Assembly (NCBI GenBank): GCA_051530055.1
Contig: CM121342.1
Span: forward strand, 14,895,480-14,959,479
Reading direction: 5' to 3'
Origin: Neoechinorhynchus agilis
Lineage: Eukaryota; Animalia; Acanthocephala
Length of the DNA stretch: 64,000 nt
This document shows, in pieces, positions 37,979 to 49,818 of the stretch (position 1 is its first letter; each line of letters begins with the position of its first letter). The notes beneath the pieces were generated by a model. The model was given only the letters and a program-made list of their open reading frames with translations, did not search any database and was not told the origin of the DNA. A program made the translations under genes and the position numbers.

Positions 37979-40302
37979 TCAAGAAAAGGCAAAAAGGTAA
38001 GGATAACAAGCGTGGCCACTCTGAATGTAGGCACGCTCACAGGTTGCTGCGCGATAGATGAATCGACATTTGTTCCCTCTAGGAAACGCTATGGAGTGGT
38101 TCAAAAGCATATGGCATGCAGCGCGAGCGGGGGAACCAAGGTAACAAACTGTTTTACAACGGGTGGAAAGGAAAACGCAACGGGGTTGCAATCGCAATCC
38201 CGGAGCACTACAGAAACAACGTTGAGGAAGTGGATAGATACATCGATAGGTTAATGAAGATAACCATTGTGTTGCAAGAACGTAAAATCCACATATTATC
38301 GGCCTATGCTCCGCAGGCAGGATGCGACGAAATCGAGAAAAATGGTTTCTGGGATTTGTTGGATACGAGTATGCGTAAGGTCCAAATTGATGACGACCTA
38401 ATAATCGCCAGAGACTTGAATAGACAAGTTGGACAAGGCTCAGGAGGTAATGCATTTCACGGCGGAAAAGGATTCGGTCAAAGGAATAAAAACGGCGAAC
38501 GGATCGTCGATTTCGAGGTTTCGCATAATCTCATCATCGCAAACACGTGGTTCATCAAGGGTTCGACACAACGTCCGACCTACCACAGTGGAGGATACAA
38601 CTCCCAGAGAGACTTCATCTTGGTATGAAAAAGACATGCCCACTCTCATCGACACCAGTCATCCCATACGAAACGATCGCAACACAGCATCACCCAGTAA
38701 TCGCGGATATTAACATTGAGAGGCCTAAGCGAATGCACGAGAAAAGAACAGGTCCATCGCGCATAAAATGGTGGCTCTTTCACGAAAAATCTAAAGAAAT
38801 CGCTTCCCAGATAACATTGCCTTGCTGTGCTACAAGTGATCAAATGTGGAACGAGGCAGAGTACTCTATCCACAAATTGGTCATCATAACGCTGGAAACT
38901 ACAAAACGTGGAAAACGATATATAAAGCGAGACGTATGGTTGTGGGCAGAGGACGTGAAAGAGAATGTCAAAGAAAAGAAGCGCATTTATCACTTGTTCC
39001 TGGAAAACAAAACGGGGGTGAATTGGGAAACCCATCGATCCGCCAAACGGGAATCGAAGAAAACTATAGCTATTGCTCTTACAAGACATTATGAAATGGT
39101 GAGTAGAAAATTGGATTCGCGAGAAGGGGAACGAGACCTATACAGGCTTGTCAAATGTCGCCACCTTCAGACCATGGATATTGAAAAGTTCCATTACATC
39201 AACGAACAACACGGTAATCTGATTACTAAACGTACGACAATACCCAAAAGATGGCAGGAATATTTCCATCCGTTGTCGACAGAAGAGTTCCCTCACCCAC
39301 CGATCCCCGATTTCCCTAAGACGAACCCCCGTGGGCGATAGAGAAGTACAAGAGGCAATCAAAGGGATGAAATGCGGGAAAGCAGCAGGACCAGACGACA
39401 TTCCCGTTGAGTTGTCGTCTGGTCCTGCTGCTTTCCGGTTGAGTTGTGGAAGGCAAGATGCTGGAACCCTACGCCATGGTTAGCGGCACTATTTAATAAG
39501 ATCGTCGACGAAAACAGAATGCCAAGCGATTGGCGGCAGAGTACGACCATACCGATCTTCAAAAATAGGAACAACATAGCCGAATGCTGCAATTATCGTC
39601 CAATACGGCTATTATCGCATACAACGAAGATATTCGAACGCATCGCCGATCGAGGAACTCGTGAAGTTGTGGACATAACGACTAACTAAAAGGGATTCGT
39701 CAGGGTATGTTGAACAACATACGCAATACATGCTGCCCGAGCGAAAAGTATCACGAGAAAAAGAAAGACATATTTATGGCGTTCCTTGACTTGGAAAAGG
39801 CATTCTGCGACAACACTGGATACCTGAAATACTTGTGAAGTGGGTCAAACTTTTCTACTGTGAGCCAAGAAGCAGTGTTAGATGTTCAACAGGAATCTCA
39901 GCACCTTTCCATATATATCAGTAGGTGTCCACCAAAATAGCGCACTATCACCGCTGCTATTCATTTTGGTAATGAGAACAATATCTCGCGACATTCAGCG
40001 GATAATGCCATTTACGATCCTCTACGTCGATGATGTACTCCTAGCGACGGATAATCAGACGGATCTGCAGGCCCTAGTGCAGCAAGCATGGGTGACTGTC
40101 TTGCGAGCTTCGGATTACGATTAAACCTGAACAAAACTAAATATATGGCGTATGATAAGAATCAGTCCATCCAGGTCGATAACACTGTACTGAAGAGCAC
40201 CGACAGGTTCAAATACCTCAGATTATTCATCTCAGTTGAAGGCAATTTACAATACCAGAAGCGTCGTCAAGAATAAGCACTGCCTGTACTAAATGGCGAT
40301 CG

Positions 40303-40366
40303 AACCCAGCCATCAGGATGACTCGGTGCCGGTCAAAAGCCCGGACAAATGGGGAGGGTTGGCGTC
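40303..40366 (+). ncRNA. Twister ribozyme-like motif (3' cleavage product, P1 5' strand absent)
   Basis: AA-CCCA-GCC-[AUCAG GAUGA CUCGGU]-GCCGG-UCAAAAGC-CCGG-ACAAA-UGGG-GAGGG-UUGGCGUC. P2 CCCA/UGGG and P4 CCGG/CCGG are present, and the layout matches the twister consensus GCCGGUCCCAAGCCCGG..GAGGG. Confidence 0.8.
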
Positions 40367-42622
40367 AGGAAGGGCATCCAGCCGTAAAACCTTGAGCCAA
40401 AAACACATCAGCAATGTCGATCGGGCTAGGGCGTTGCGAACCCGGCGTCCGGGGTTTGTGAAAAATTATTCAGGGTTACCGGATTAACGACGGGTCCGGC
40501 TAAAGAAGCGAGTCGTTTTCAAAATACGAATCGGCACCCTGAATGTAGGTTCAATGACCGGGAGAAGCAGGGAAGTGGCCGATTTGATGAATAGGATAAA
40601 AATCGAAATTCTTGGCGTCCAGGAGATCAGATGGAAAGGAGGGAAGGCTAAAGAATTTGACGACGGATTTAAACTGTTCTATAGTAGAGGAGCAAGTGAC
40701 ACGAAAGGAGTGGGTGTCATAGTATCAAAGGACCAAGTGGACAACGTCGTAGGGGTGACACGAACAAAGGATCGGGTAAGGGCGCTGAAGGTAAGCGTCA
40801 ACGGCGAAGCCACGACAATAGTTTCTGCGTACGCCCCACAACTCGGTTGTAGTGAAGAGGAGAAGAAGCAATTTTGGCTAGATTTATCGGAAGTGACAAG
40901 GCCTAGGGAGGGTCGATGTGTGATAACCGGTGATTTCAACGGGCACGTGGGGCAGATAGATGGATGCGAGCGAATTCATGAAAGACACAGTGCAGGATCA
41001 AGGAACGCCGAGGGTGTAAAACTATTTTATTACGCAGCAGCGTTGGAGCTGCGTATTTCCAATACATACTTCAAAAAAGACCCATGACTATTTCAGCACT
41101 CTGTTGAACACTGAGAATGACAGACTGCCTATAGAGGACGTACACCCGAATGTCAATAAGACGAGGCCGTAGTCGTACGATGAGGTGGCTGCACAGCTCA
41201 GGAAAATGAAGACTAGTAGGAACGCCGGTCCAGATAACATTCCGATCGAGCTGTGGCAATCCCTGGGAGTCTTCGGAATAAAGTTGCTCACAAGGCTCTT
41301 TCAGAAGATAGATATGGAGGAAAAGATCCCGTCGGAATAGCAGGGAAGCATATTGATACCGATCTTCAAAAGCAAAGGAGATGCTCTGCAGTGTAGGAAC
41401 TACCGTGGCATCAAACTCATGTTTCACACAATGAAACTGTGGGAACGAAATGGTCGATCACAGGATTAGAGAGGAGATCCGAATCAGCGAGGACCAACGT
41501 GGATTCATGCCCGGCAGAAGTACAGTCGATGCAATATTCGTGCTAAGGCAGCTGTATGAGAGGTTCAGTGTGATGCAGTGCCCGTTGCACAGTGTGTTCG
41601 TCGATTTGGAAAGGGCGTACGACACGGTCCCTCGAGATTTGGTGTGGCATTCCTCAGGAAAAGGAATTGCCCCGAACACTGCCGCGATCCAAGCGATGTA
41701 TCGAGAATGCTACACCAGCATGCGATGCCACAGCGGAATGACCGACTATTTCCGAGTCTCCGTGGGTCTGCAATAGGGTTCGGCTCTGAGTCTATTCTTG
41801 TTCACGATCGTGATAGACGTCCTAGGAAATGCGGAAAGAGAAATGAGCCCACCATGGACGATACTATTCGCGAACGATTTAATGCTCACAGCTAGGGACA
41901 TGGGCACGCTCAAGAATTTGCTGGAGAGTTGGCGACAGCGATTAGATAGCAAAGGATTGAGAGTGAGCAGGCGCAAAACGAAATACATGGGGCCGGATAA
42001 CCTCGATATGCAAGGAACTCAAATCGAAAAGATGAACACCTTCAAATATTTGGGCAGCCTGTTGAACATGCAGTGTGAGCTCGCACCAGAGATCGGACAA
42101 AGAGTTCAATGCGTGTGGAACAACTGGAGGAAGACAACAGGCATCCTTTGCGATAAGCGTTTCCCGAACAAGCTCAATTGGCGGGTGTACAATGCAGTTG
42201 TGCGACCCGCCATGCTCTACGGAGCAGAGACGTGGGCTACAAAGAAGGAAGACGTTCAACGATTCGCCGTTAACGAAATGCGGCTGCTGAGATCGTCCGC
42301 AGGATTGACACGCAAGGATCGAGTGTACAAAGAGGAAGTGCCAAAGCTGTTTGCGGTCGAGCCGATCGAGGAGGCAATCGCTAAGAGGCGGATGCGATGG
42401 TACCTGCAGGTGACACAAGCAGATGAAGACGCCTGGGTGAAGAGCGCATGGAGAATCGAGCTCGACGGGAAAAGGAGAAGAGGTAGGCCAAGAAGAGGTG
42501 GAAGGACAGTGTGAGCGGAGATCTCAAGACGCTCGGAAATGAGAAGAACAAAGACGAAAACCGACAATGCTGAAAAGAACGACCTCTCAAGTGAGAAATG
42601 TTGAAAGAAATGTTGTCGTTGG
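40304..42622 (+). mobile_element. Inner RTE LINE with 16-bp TSD, intact 5' end and internal deletion
   Basis: TSD ACTAAATGGCGATCGA at 40288-40303 and 42623-42638. APE (IGTLNVGSMTGRSREV, VSAYAPQLGC, GDFNGHVG) and RT (AGPDNIP, QRGFMPGRST, VDLERAYD, KYLGS, VRPAMLYGAETW). Removing it restores the outer RTE frame (ALPVLNGDRQKRLSVMEMRMLRW). Confidence 0.93.
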
Positions 42623-43079
42623 ACTAAATGGCGATCGACAAAAGCGCCTATCAGTCATGGAGATGAGGATGCTGAGGTGGATTAGTGGGCTTACTCTGCT
42701 TGATCATATCCGAATTGAAGACGTAAAGACGAAGTATGGAGTAAAACCGATACAAAACAAGCTGCAGGAAGCGCACCTACGATGGTACGGCCATGTCTTA
42801 AGAGCTAGTGACGACACAATCATCAAAAGGAGTCTTGGAACCCAAGGACGACGCCCTAAAGGACGACCGAGACAAAGATGGCTGTACGCCTTACACCAGG
42901 ACTTCAAGACTGCAAACCTGCACCCGGATATGGCACACGACAGAGGAAAATGGAGCTCTATATCGATAAGAGTCAACCCCACTATTGTGCGGGACAAAGG
43001 CTAAAGAAAAAGAAGAATATTTCATCCTCAAAGTGGGGCTTCTTCAGAATTGTAAATTAATCTAATTGCTTTATTTCGA

Positions 43080-43370
43080 CTGTAGTGGGGATACTCCCCC
43101 GGTTAAGAGGTATTTTTGTTTCTAAGAAATATTTCGAAAAGTAAACCGTCACCCATTCAGTCATTATTTGCAACTAAAAAAATCTTTAAGTTCTTTTCAA
43201 GCAATGACTACTGAGGCTTCGTCTTTCGAAATTAAATCAATAAAATATCATCGAGAGAAAATCCTCCGGGATGATAGAGTTAGAATTGTGGTGAAGATAC
43301 TCTTGGTTAATAGGTATTTTATTGCAAAGAAATATTTCAAAAGAGAAAACCTCGTCTCATCAGTAATATA
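43080..43370 (-). repeat. Two degenerate tandem hammerhead-type units (period 203 bp) of the 23.9-kb family
   Basis: gaaatatttc at 43126 and 43329. The second unit reads CUGAUGA-GACGAGG-UUUU-CUCUUUU-GAAAUAUUUC on the minus strand, and cctcgtctcatcagtaatataaata matches cctcgcctcatcagtcattgtaaatta at 23981. Confidence 0.6.
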
Positions 43371-43807
43371 AATATACAGTGAGCTGAATAGGTAAAGCTG
43401 ATTCTAAGGAAATAGTATTGAAATACGAGCTTAAATCTAAACCGAATATAACAATTAACCCCAAACAAAAGGATAGAAGAAGAAATCTAGGATTCGGAGC
43501 GAGATTGGCACGGATAACCGTACTGCGGTGCCTTTTAAATGCAACAATGAAGTGTGTTTTCCACAGGGACACACAGAATGAGAAATGTTTTTATTCGCGC
43601 TTACAATAGGTCCATCTTGTGGAACGATATTAATGAATTTCTTTGTGAAATTGATATACATAAAGTAGATAGTGTGAGATATGCGACTGAGACGATGAAC
43701 TAAGCTCTACACACCTCGTTGGCGTAGGCTCTGATTAAGTCGTCTAGTGTATATCCTAAACGTTTCTTCTTTTCAAACATTTAATTGTTGCAGTTTACCA
43801 GTTCTCA

Positions 43808-44900
43808 ATGATCAGTCCTGCGTTTTTCGCTGCCGCTAGGGCAGTTGCTATTATTCTTACAATTGTAAGCATTGTCATTTATACGGTCGCCATGACAGGT
43901 ACTAGATTCTATCTCTTTCGGGATCAAAAAAATAATATCATTACGATTGAACAGCAGGTTGGGCTGTTCCGACAATGCGTCAGGACGCTTTCAAGTGAGC
44001 AGTACATTAAGATAATGGATCTCAACCACATTGTAGAAGCATTCAGAATCTTTCAAATATACAGGTAGTCTGAATAAAAATGGAAAAATACTGGGAAGGT
44101 GAATTGTTGATACGCGACTCCATTTAAATCTAGTAAAATCAAAAACTCGACAAAATTTGGGCTTTTTTTGCATTTTGACAGCAATAAAATTAAGGGCAAT
44201 CTTCAATACGGTACAGATGGTCCAGAAGGCCGGCCGGTTTTGAAATAAGTCTTGTTAGTTTCAAGAAATCAAGATAGGAATTAGAGTTTCAAGCATTCTT
44301 TGGACGAATAATTTGGAGTTCACAAGCTCACCAGTATCGAATGAGATCTCTTGTCGCACACTGTGCGCAAAATATACATCAGAAATCACTGGTAATCGTA
44401 CTTACAAGATTTTATTTATCGTTTCAATGGTATTGGCAGCATTGTTTGCGATTCTGGAAGCGATCTACTTATGTCTTGGATTTAAGCACGACATTCGTGC
44501 ATTGGGAATCATTTCTGAGGCTATTTTAGGAATATCTTGGTTAGCGCTATCGATTGGTCAGTTTATAGGTTTCGATTTATTTGCTCGCGCACTATTTGTG
44601 GCTGCATATTCTACACGAGTACGGGGAAGAGATTATAATCTGGCAATAACTGGTTTGGTATTGGGATGCGTCGCAGTATTCATTGCTCTCTTAGCGTCTA
44701 TCATTTCAATGTGCACCGATGATTACAATCGAAGCGGAAAAAACGAAGAGAAATTAGCCGAACCAAGCATGGCAAATGACACACAAGGAATCTTACTGGA
44801 CTATTACGATGTTAATGGTCTACCCCAAACCGATAACTTATATGCAAGTAATTCTGGATTTAGTAACGTGGATCAGCAATATAATTCAGCTTATTACTGA
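43808..44900 (+). CDS. Claudin/PMP22-like four-transmembrane protein, 2 exons
   Basis: TM1 (AVAIILTIVSIVIYTVAM) followed by GLFRQC (GLW..C-like signature). The GT-AG intron ~44065-44284 joins to an exon with a second Cys and three further hydrophobic helices, then a Tyr-rich tail. Confidence 0.75.
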
Positions 44901-45703
44901 TTCCTTCAGGCATTTCAGTTACTTATTACCTTCTAATGAAAAATTCACTTTAGTTGTCAGTGTGGATCTTCGTCAATGTGCTAAAAATATTCAGTTGACA
45001 TTTGCCGATTTTAATAACGATTTTTGTATCCGTTATCTTACCTCGATTCGCTCATTTAGCTCCTCACTCTGTCATCCAATTGATAAAGGAGCCCTTAGAT
45101 ATTTCTTAATTTTTGTATTATGTGAATAATGTATTTAAATTCAAAGAAACTTGCTTGTTAAGAATTAAAATATTTCTTAATTTTACTTGTATAATAAAGA
45201 TAAAACCAAAAATTCTACAATAATTTTAACAGTTTTATAGCTGGCGAAGTGACAACGGAGCGGATGACCAAAAAACGGAGAAGTAAAAATGCTTCGATCC
45301 GTCGCTTTACATTTTCCAATTTTTAACCTTGGAAAATGGTTGGTAGCAACAACAAACTATTTTTAACAGAGGGTGAGCTTTGCGATTTCAAAGAAGGAAA
45401 TGCTGGATCCTCGAGGCAATGGAGGATAAAAACGTTCTTAAGTTCTCATCGTAACTTTTACAAAGTACGCCCAGATTAAACTAAAGCACCTAGGAAGTAA
45501 ATTACATTTTTAACTATCCGATTATACTGCCATCGATATTCATGATAAATTTGAACTTGGTAACTGTACATTTCTAATGGGGATAAAAAAGATTGCAGTC
45601 GTACCACGAACCGCAGAATTTTTAACCAACATTGGAAAATGGTGTTGAAAATAAAATCCATATGTTTGAGATATGGGAATTTGAAGTAAAGAATTAATTT
45701 ATT

Positions 45704-45747
45704 GAATTGAATATTTCGATCCAAACCAGGATCTTCTTCAGCAATTC
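45704..45747 (-). ncRNA. Minimal type I hammerhead ribozyme
   Basis: GAAUUG-CUGAAGA-A-GAUCC-UGGUUU-GGAUC-GAAA-UAU-U-CAAUUC: 6-bp stem I, 5-bp stem II, palindromic AUAU stem III. Confidence 0.85.
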
Positions 45748-47565
45748 TAAAAAAGAGAGGCAGGGAATGTCAAAAACTATCACACGTTGATCTTATCGGG
45801 TTGAATCCGAAGCTTCAATCTGTAATCCGGCTTGTTTCCATCAAAAATGGATGACGACTGGATATACACAGCTTCGATGACCACACGACTGAATCGATCG
45901 TTACTTCGTAATAACACTTGTGTGTTATCAAAATCGATATGATGTCCAGTATTCACAACGTGTGAGACCACTGCAGAACTCAAGTCATTCTTTCTATTTA
46001 TCGATCGCCTGTGCTCTTGAATTCTCCTATTTAGATCGTTCGTTTGTCCGATGTAGACCTGATTACATTCACTACATGGGATCTTATATACTGATCCAGA
46101 TTGAGGTTCGCCTTTTTGTTGGGACAAAGCAGTGTGTAAATTACGTACCTTCCGACAATACACATCTACCAGGGTACTGCTAATACCTGTTTGTAGTGTC
46201 CTCTGCATCTTCCTGAACAAGGATTCGTCGTGGAAGGGGACCTCTAGGAAAATCTTCTCTTTCTTCGCATTAGAAACATTCCCGTGGCTGCGTCTCACTC
46301 CTTCAAGTCATCTTTGTACCAAATGTAGAGGATACCCGAGTCTGCCCGACAAGTCGAATAGGAAATTAATCTCTTCATCCCGTATAAATTCCTCACTACA
46401 GTGTGTAAAAGCTCTGTGAAATAAACATCTAATCCTAGACATTTTTTATCTTTGCGGTTGCATTGAGCTCCATGGAACAAAACGATGCGGGACACCATAT
46501 TTCCTATACACGCTCGTTGTGTATGAATTCTCCCTTCGTTCAATTGATACATCGAGAAACGAAAAATATCCTCGTTCTTCAATGTCCATTGTCCACTGTA
46601 TGTGTTCGTCCTTACCATTCAGCTGATTGTGAAGCTCCTCAGGAGACAGGACAGAAGAGTCTAGCAATATGAAGGTATCGTCCACATATCTAACCCAGAA
46701 TGCGATCCCAGGGATGGCCTTTAGGAAATCAGATTCCCATTGCCTCATATATAACTCAGCTAAGATAGGAGCTAGAGGACTTCCCATTGCCAAGCCATCT
46801 TTTTGGTCATAGTCGCATCCCTCGAATCGAAAATTGGAAAATCTGGTACAGAACTGTAAAAGTTTTTTCCAATCAGTTTTAGTAAGTTTCCATTCATTGT
46901 TAAGTACAAGCAAAGGAATAGCTAGATTGATCGCACGATTCACAGGAATTTTTGTGAAGAGGGACGTAACATCAGCAGAAACCATTGTGTAAGTAGAACC
47001 CCAATTAGAGCGAAGTCTTGATATGAAATCCTTACCATTATCAATAGTATTATCGGAAGATATTATTATACTACGTAGCATATCTGCTATTTTTCGGGAC
47101 ATATCAGTACAGAATGTCGAGTGGGCAGCCACTATAGGTCGAAACTTAATAGGGTTTTTGTGTACCTTGGCGAGAAGGTATAGTCTGGGCGTTTTTGCAT
47201 CAGTAGAGCGAAGTGCTTTATAATCATCAGGAGGAAGCTTCCCTTGATTTTTCAATCTCAAAATAAATGAGTTGAATTCCCTTTCACGACTTTTTGTTGG
47301 GCATGTACTGAGCTGCTCAAACTCATTATCGTTGAGGATTTCAAAGCCTGCTTCTCGTGAATACTGGACATCATATCGATTTTGATAACACACAAGTGTT
47401 ATTACGAAGTAACGATCGATTCAGTCGTGTGGTCATGGAAGCTGTGTATATCCAGTCGTCATCCATTTTTGACGGAAACAAGCCGGATTACAGATTGAAG
47501 CTTCGGATTCCACCCGATAAGATCAACGTGTGATAGTTTTTGACATTCCCTGCCTCTCTTTTTTA

Positions 47566-47609
47566 GAATTGCTGAAGAAGATCCTAGTTTGGATCGAAAT
47601 ATTCAATTC
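47566..47609 (+). ncRNA. Minimal type I hammerhead ribozyme (inverted pLTR copy)
   Basis: Same as 45704-45747 apart from one loop II base (UAGUUU). Confidence 0.85.
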
Positions 47610-47860
47610 AATAAATTAATTCTTTACTTCAAATTCCCATATCTCAAACATTGGAAAATGGCTTGTTGCAACAATAGCTCGTACAGCCAAATATTTTTAT
47701 CAGAGAATCGGCGATTCAGAAAGAGAATGCTGAATCCTCGAGGCAATGGAGCATAAAGATGTTTCGCCATTCCCATCAGAACTTTGAGCATTCGAAGTTG
47801 TAATCGATTGATGTTTTTAAGATTACTAAGCGCTGCTCGGTTGTTCAGCCGCATGTTTTA

Positions 47861-49536
47861 TCTATTGATGATTGTTTGATTGACAATCCGACTGGACCAA
47901 TCTGTACATCACCGGCGTACGTAATGGACCGTGTGTGAAACTGCTCATCCCTTTCAACTCTCGAGCCGATATCACTTTTCGAAGAGCAGCATTCAACTTC
48001 TTGCGCTGTTGCTCATGTTCGTCTTTTGTCGCCATTGTATATGTATCAGTGTGACCCAATAACGTCCCCATCATCGCACTTTCCACGCTGCTTTCCATCG
48101 CCACGAGATCACCTCCCTTATCGCTCACTGTTATCCTCATCTCCTTCTTTTGCACTTTCTCTTTCAGAGACCTCAGTGCTCGTCATTCACTCAACGGAAG
48201 AGTGCAACCTTTTTCGTTATCGAAACCAGCTATATAAGCAAGTTCGTGGTCTCGCAATGGGAAATAGTTTGGCTCCGGTATTGGCCATCCTCTACCTCGA
48301 TGACCTGGAAAGACTGCACATCTATCCACATTTAGCGTCGAGTCAAGTTTACTTCCGCTATGTGGACGATGTGTTGCTGACCTTCACCGAGGATGATGAG
48401 GTCGATACCATTGAGTCACTATTAAATTCAATGGACTCGAATAGGAGGATTCAAGTTACAAGAGACCAACCTTCGGACTACCTGCCATTCCTCAATCTCC
48501 GCTTCAAATCCGACGATGTGTCCAACTTCAATTGGTATCGAAAGCCATGCAGGAAGTCGATTGTGATGCACCGAGATTCTCACCATCCTTGGGCGATGAA
48601 AGCGGCGATATACGCTGGTATGCATAAATCGGCAACCACCTGCTCATCGTCGTGGGACGCGAAGCGTGGAGCGGTGGAAGCAGTAAATAAGATCTTCGCG
48701 GACAACGGATATTCGACAGAGGAGATCGAAGGATTCCAGCGAGAAGTGGACCCATGAGTGAACGAAAGGACGATAGGCCGATCCTACGAATTCCGTACGT
48801 GAGTGAAATGTTCACGAAGAGAGTCAAAGTACTGCTCAGGCAAGAGGGATTCAATGTGCGTATTGTGCACAAAGGGTGTAGAACGCTGCGGAGGATGCTG
48901 ACGAGAACGAGGCATCATGAGGATCATCAGGAATGCCCTCGGTCGTGCCTAATGTGCAGATACGCAGCAGGTGCGAGGATGGACGAGGAGCGTCAGCAAG
49001 CCATTGATCGTGACTGGAAGATGTGCGATCAGAGCAGTGTGGTCTACGAGATCCGGTGTGAACGGTGTCGGATTGACCGTGGCCACTTGGTCACGTACGT
49101 GGGAAAAACAGAAAGGCCACTTCGCCAAAGAGTGGCCGAGCATGTACGAAACTCGTTGAACCCAAGTGCGCAATCGTATGTGACGACACCGTGGGCGAAA
49201 CATTAATCGCGAGTCCACCCGGATGGAACAGTTCAGCTGTCCACGCGCATAATGTACAAAGCGCAGGATCCCGTCGAACTGTCGATAGCGGAAGCGCTGA
49301 TCATATCCCGAGAGACCCGGGATCGTGAGGACTCTAGCGGGCATCGATCGGTCGCTAGGACACTCATTAACCAGAAGGATGAGTTGTCTGCCGTCATGAA
49401 TCTCATGTGAAACTCCACTCCACTTCACTCGCATTGTAGATTACACCCTGAAGAAGCCGTTGGACGGCGAAAGCTAGGTTTTTCAATAAAATCTCTCTCT
49501 TTCAGTCGGATTGTCAATCAAACAATCATCAATAGA
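47861..49536 (+). mobile_element. Penelope-like element 2 (RT + GIY-YIG) with 5' inversion
   Basis: RT (LYKQVRGLAMGNSLAP, FRYVDD, LPFLNL, WYRKP) and GIY-YIG (VVYEIRCERC..YVGKTERPLRQRVAEH). The minus strand of 47895-48160 encodes the upstream RT part (VSDKG, RTPVMYRL). 34-bp inverted termini at 47861-47894 and 49503-49536. Confidence 0.9.
49445..49479 (+). ncRNA. Minimal type I hammerhead ribozyme
   Basis: ACC-CUGAAGA-A-GCCGU-UGG-ACGGC-GAAA-GCU-A-GGU: 3-bp stem I, 5-bp stem II, palindromic AGCU stem III. Confidence 0.8.
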
Positions 49537-49574
49537 TTGATGTTTTGATATCAATAACCAAGGATGTTTCTCAT

Positions 49575-49760
49575 TACATTAAACAATTTGACGCGACTGA
49601 ATTAAAGGGTTTACTGTTAAAATAGAAAAAAGCAGTGGCATTGCCACGTTGGATCGCCATGCTGATTCGCTGCATCAATAAGCTGCTGGAGCGCATGTCG
49701 CCGGTGGCATATTTCAGCATAGATTTCGATTGGATAATATCTAATAATTTTGAGCGAATC
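49575..49760 (-). mobile_element. CRE-like 3'-end remnant
   Basis: ATGDMRSSSLLMQRISMAIQRGNA parallels ASGDHRQRNYLIQRLSVAIQRGNT in the adjacent element. Confidence 0.7.
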
Positions 49761-49818
49761 AACGTCGTAGAAGTTAAACATTCAAATAGTTAATACCAAA
49801 CTTTTTTTCCGTAATCCG

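Larger units (their letters stand above)
37689..43015 (+). mobile_element. Full-length-ended degenerate RTE LINE (outer), with 13-bp TSD, interrupted by a second RTE
   Basis: TSD AATATTTCATCCT at 37676-37688 and 43016-43028. APE (TLNVGTLTG, SAYAPQAGC, IANTWF) and RT (AGPDDIP, NYRPIRLLSHT, GVHQNSALSP, LYVDD). The 3' part 42623-43015 ends in an AAG-rich tail. Confidence 0.92.
45643..47651 (-). mobile_element. Penelope-like element 1 (RT + GIY-YIG), 5'-truncated, with inverted pLTR
   Basis: RT (TPRLYLLAKVHK, FRPIV, DVTSLFT, GLAMGSPLAP, RYVDD, FLDV, VYRK) and GIY-YIG (VYKIPCSECNQVYIGQT), with two in-frame stops. 295-bp inverted arms at 45662-45956 and 47357-47651. 15-bp direct repeat AACATTGGAAAATGG at 45628 and 47647. 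Confidence 0.93.

Noticed and set aside
47358-47393. MCYQNRYDVQYS as the true N-terminus of the Penelope RT ORF
   Set aside because: These codons come from the antisense of the inverted pLTR arm. The same peptide starts ORF 45920-46183, so it is an artefact of the inversion.
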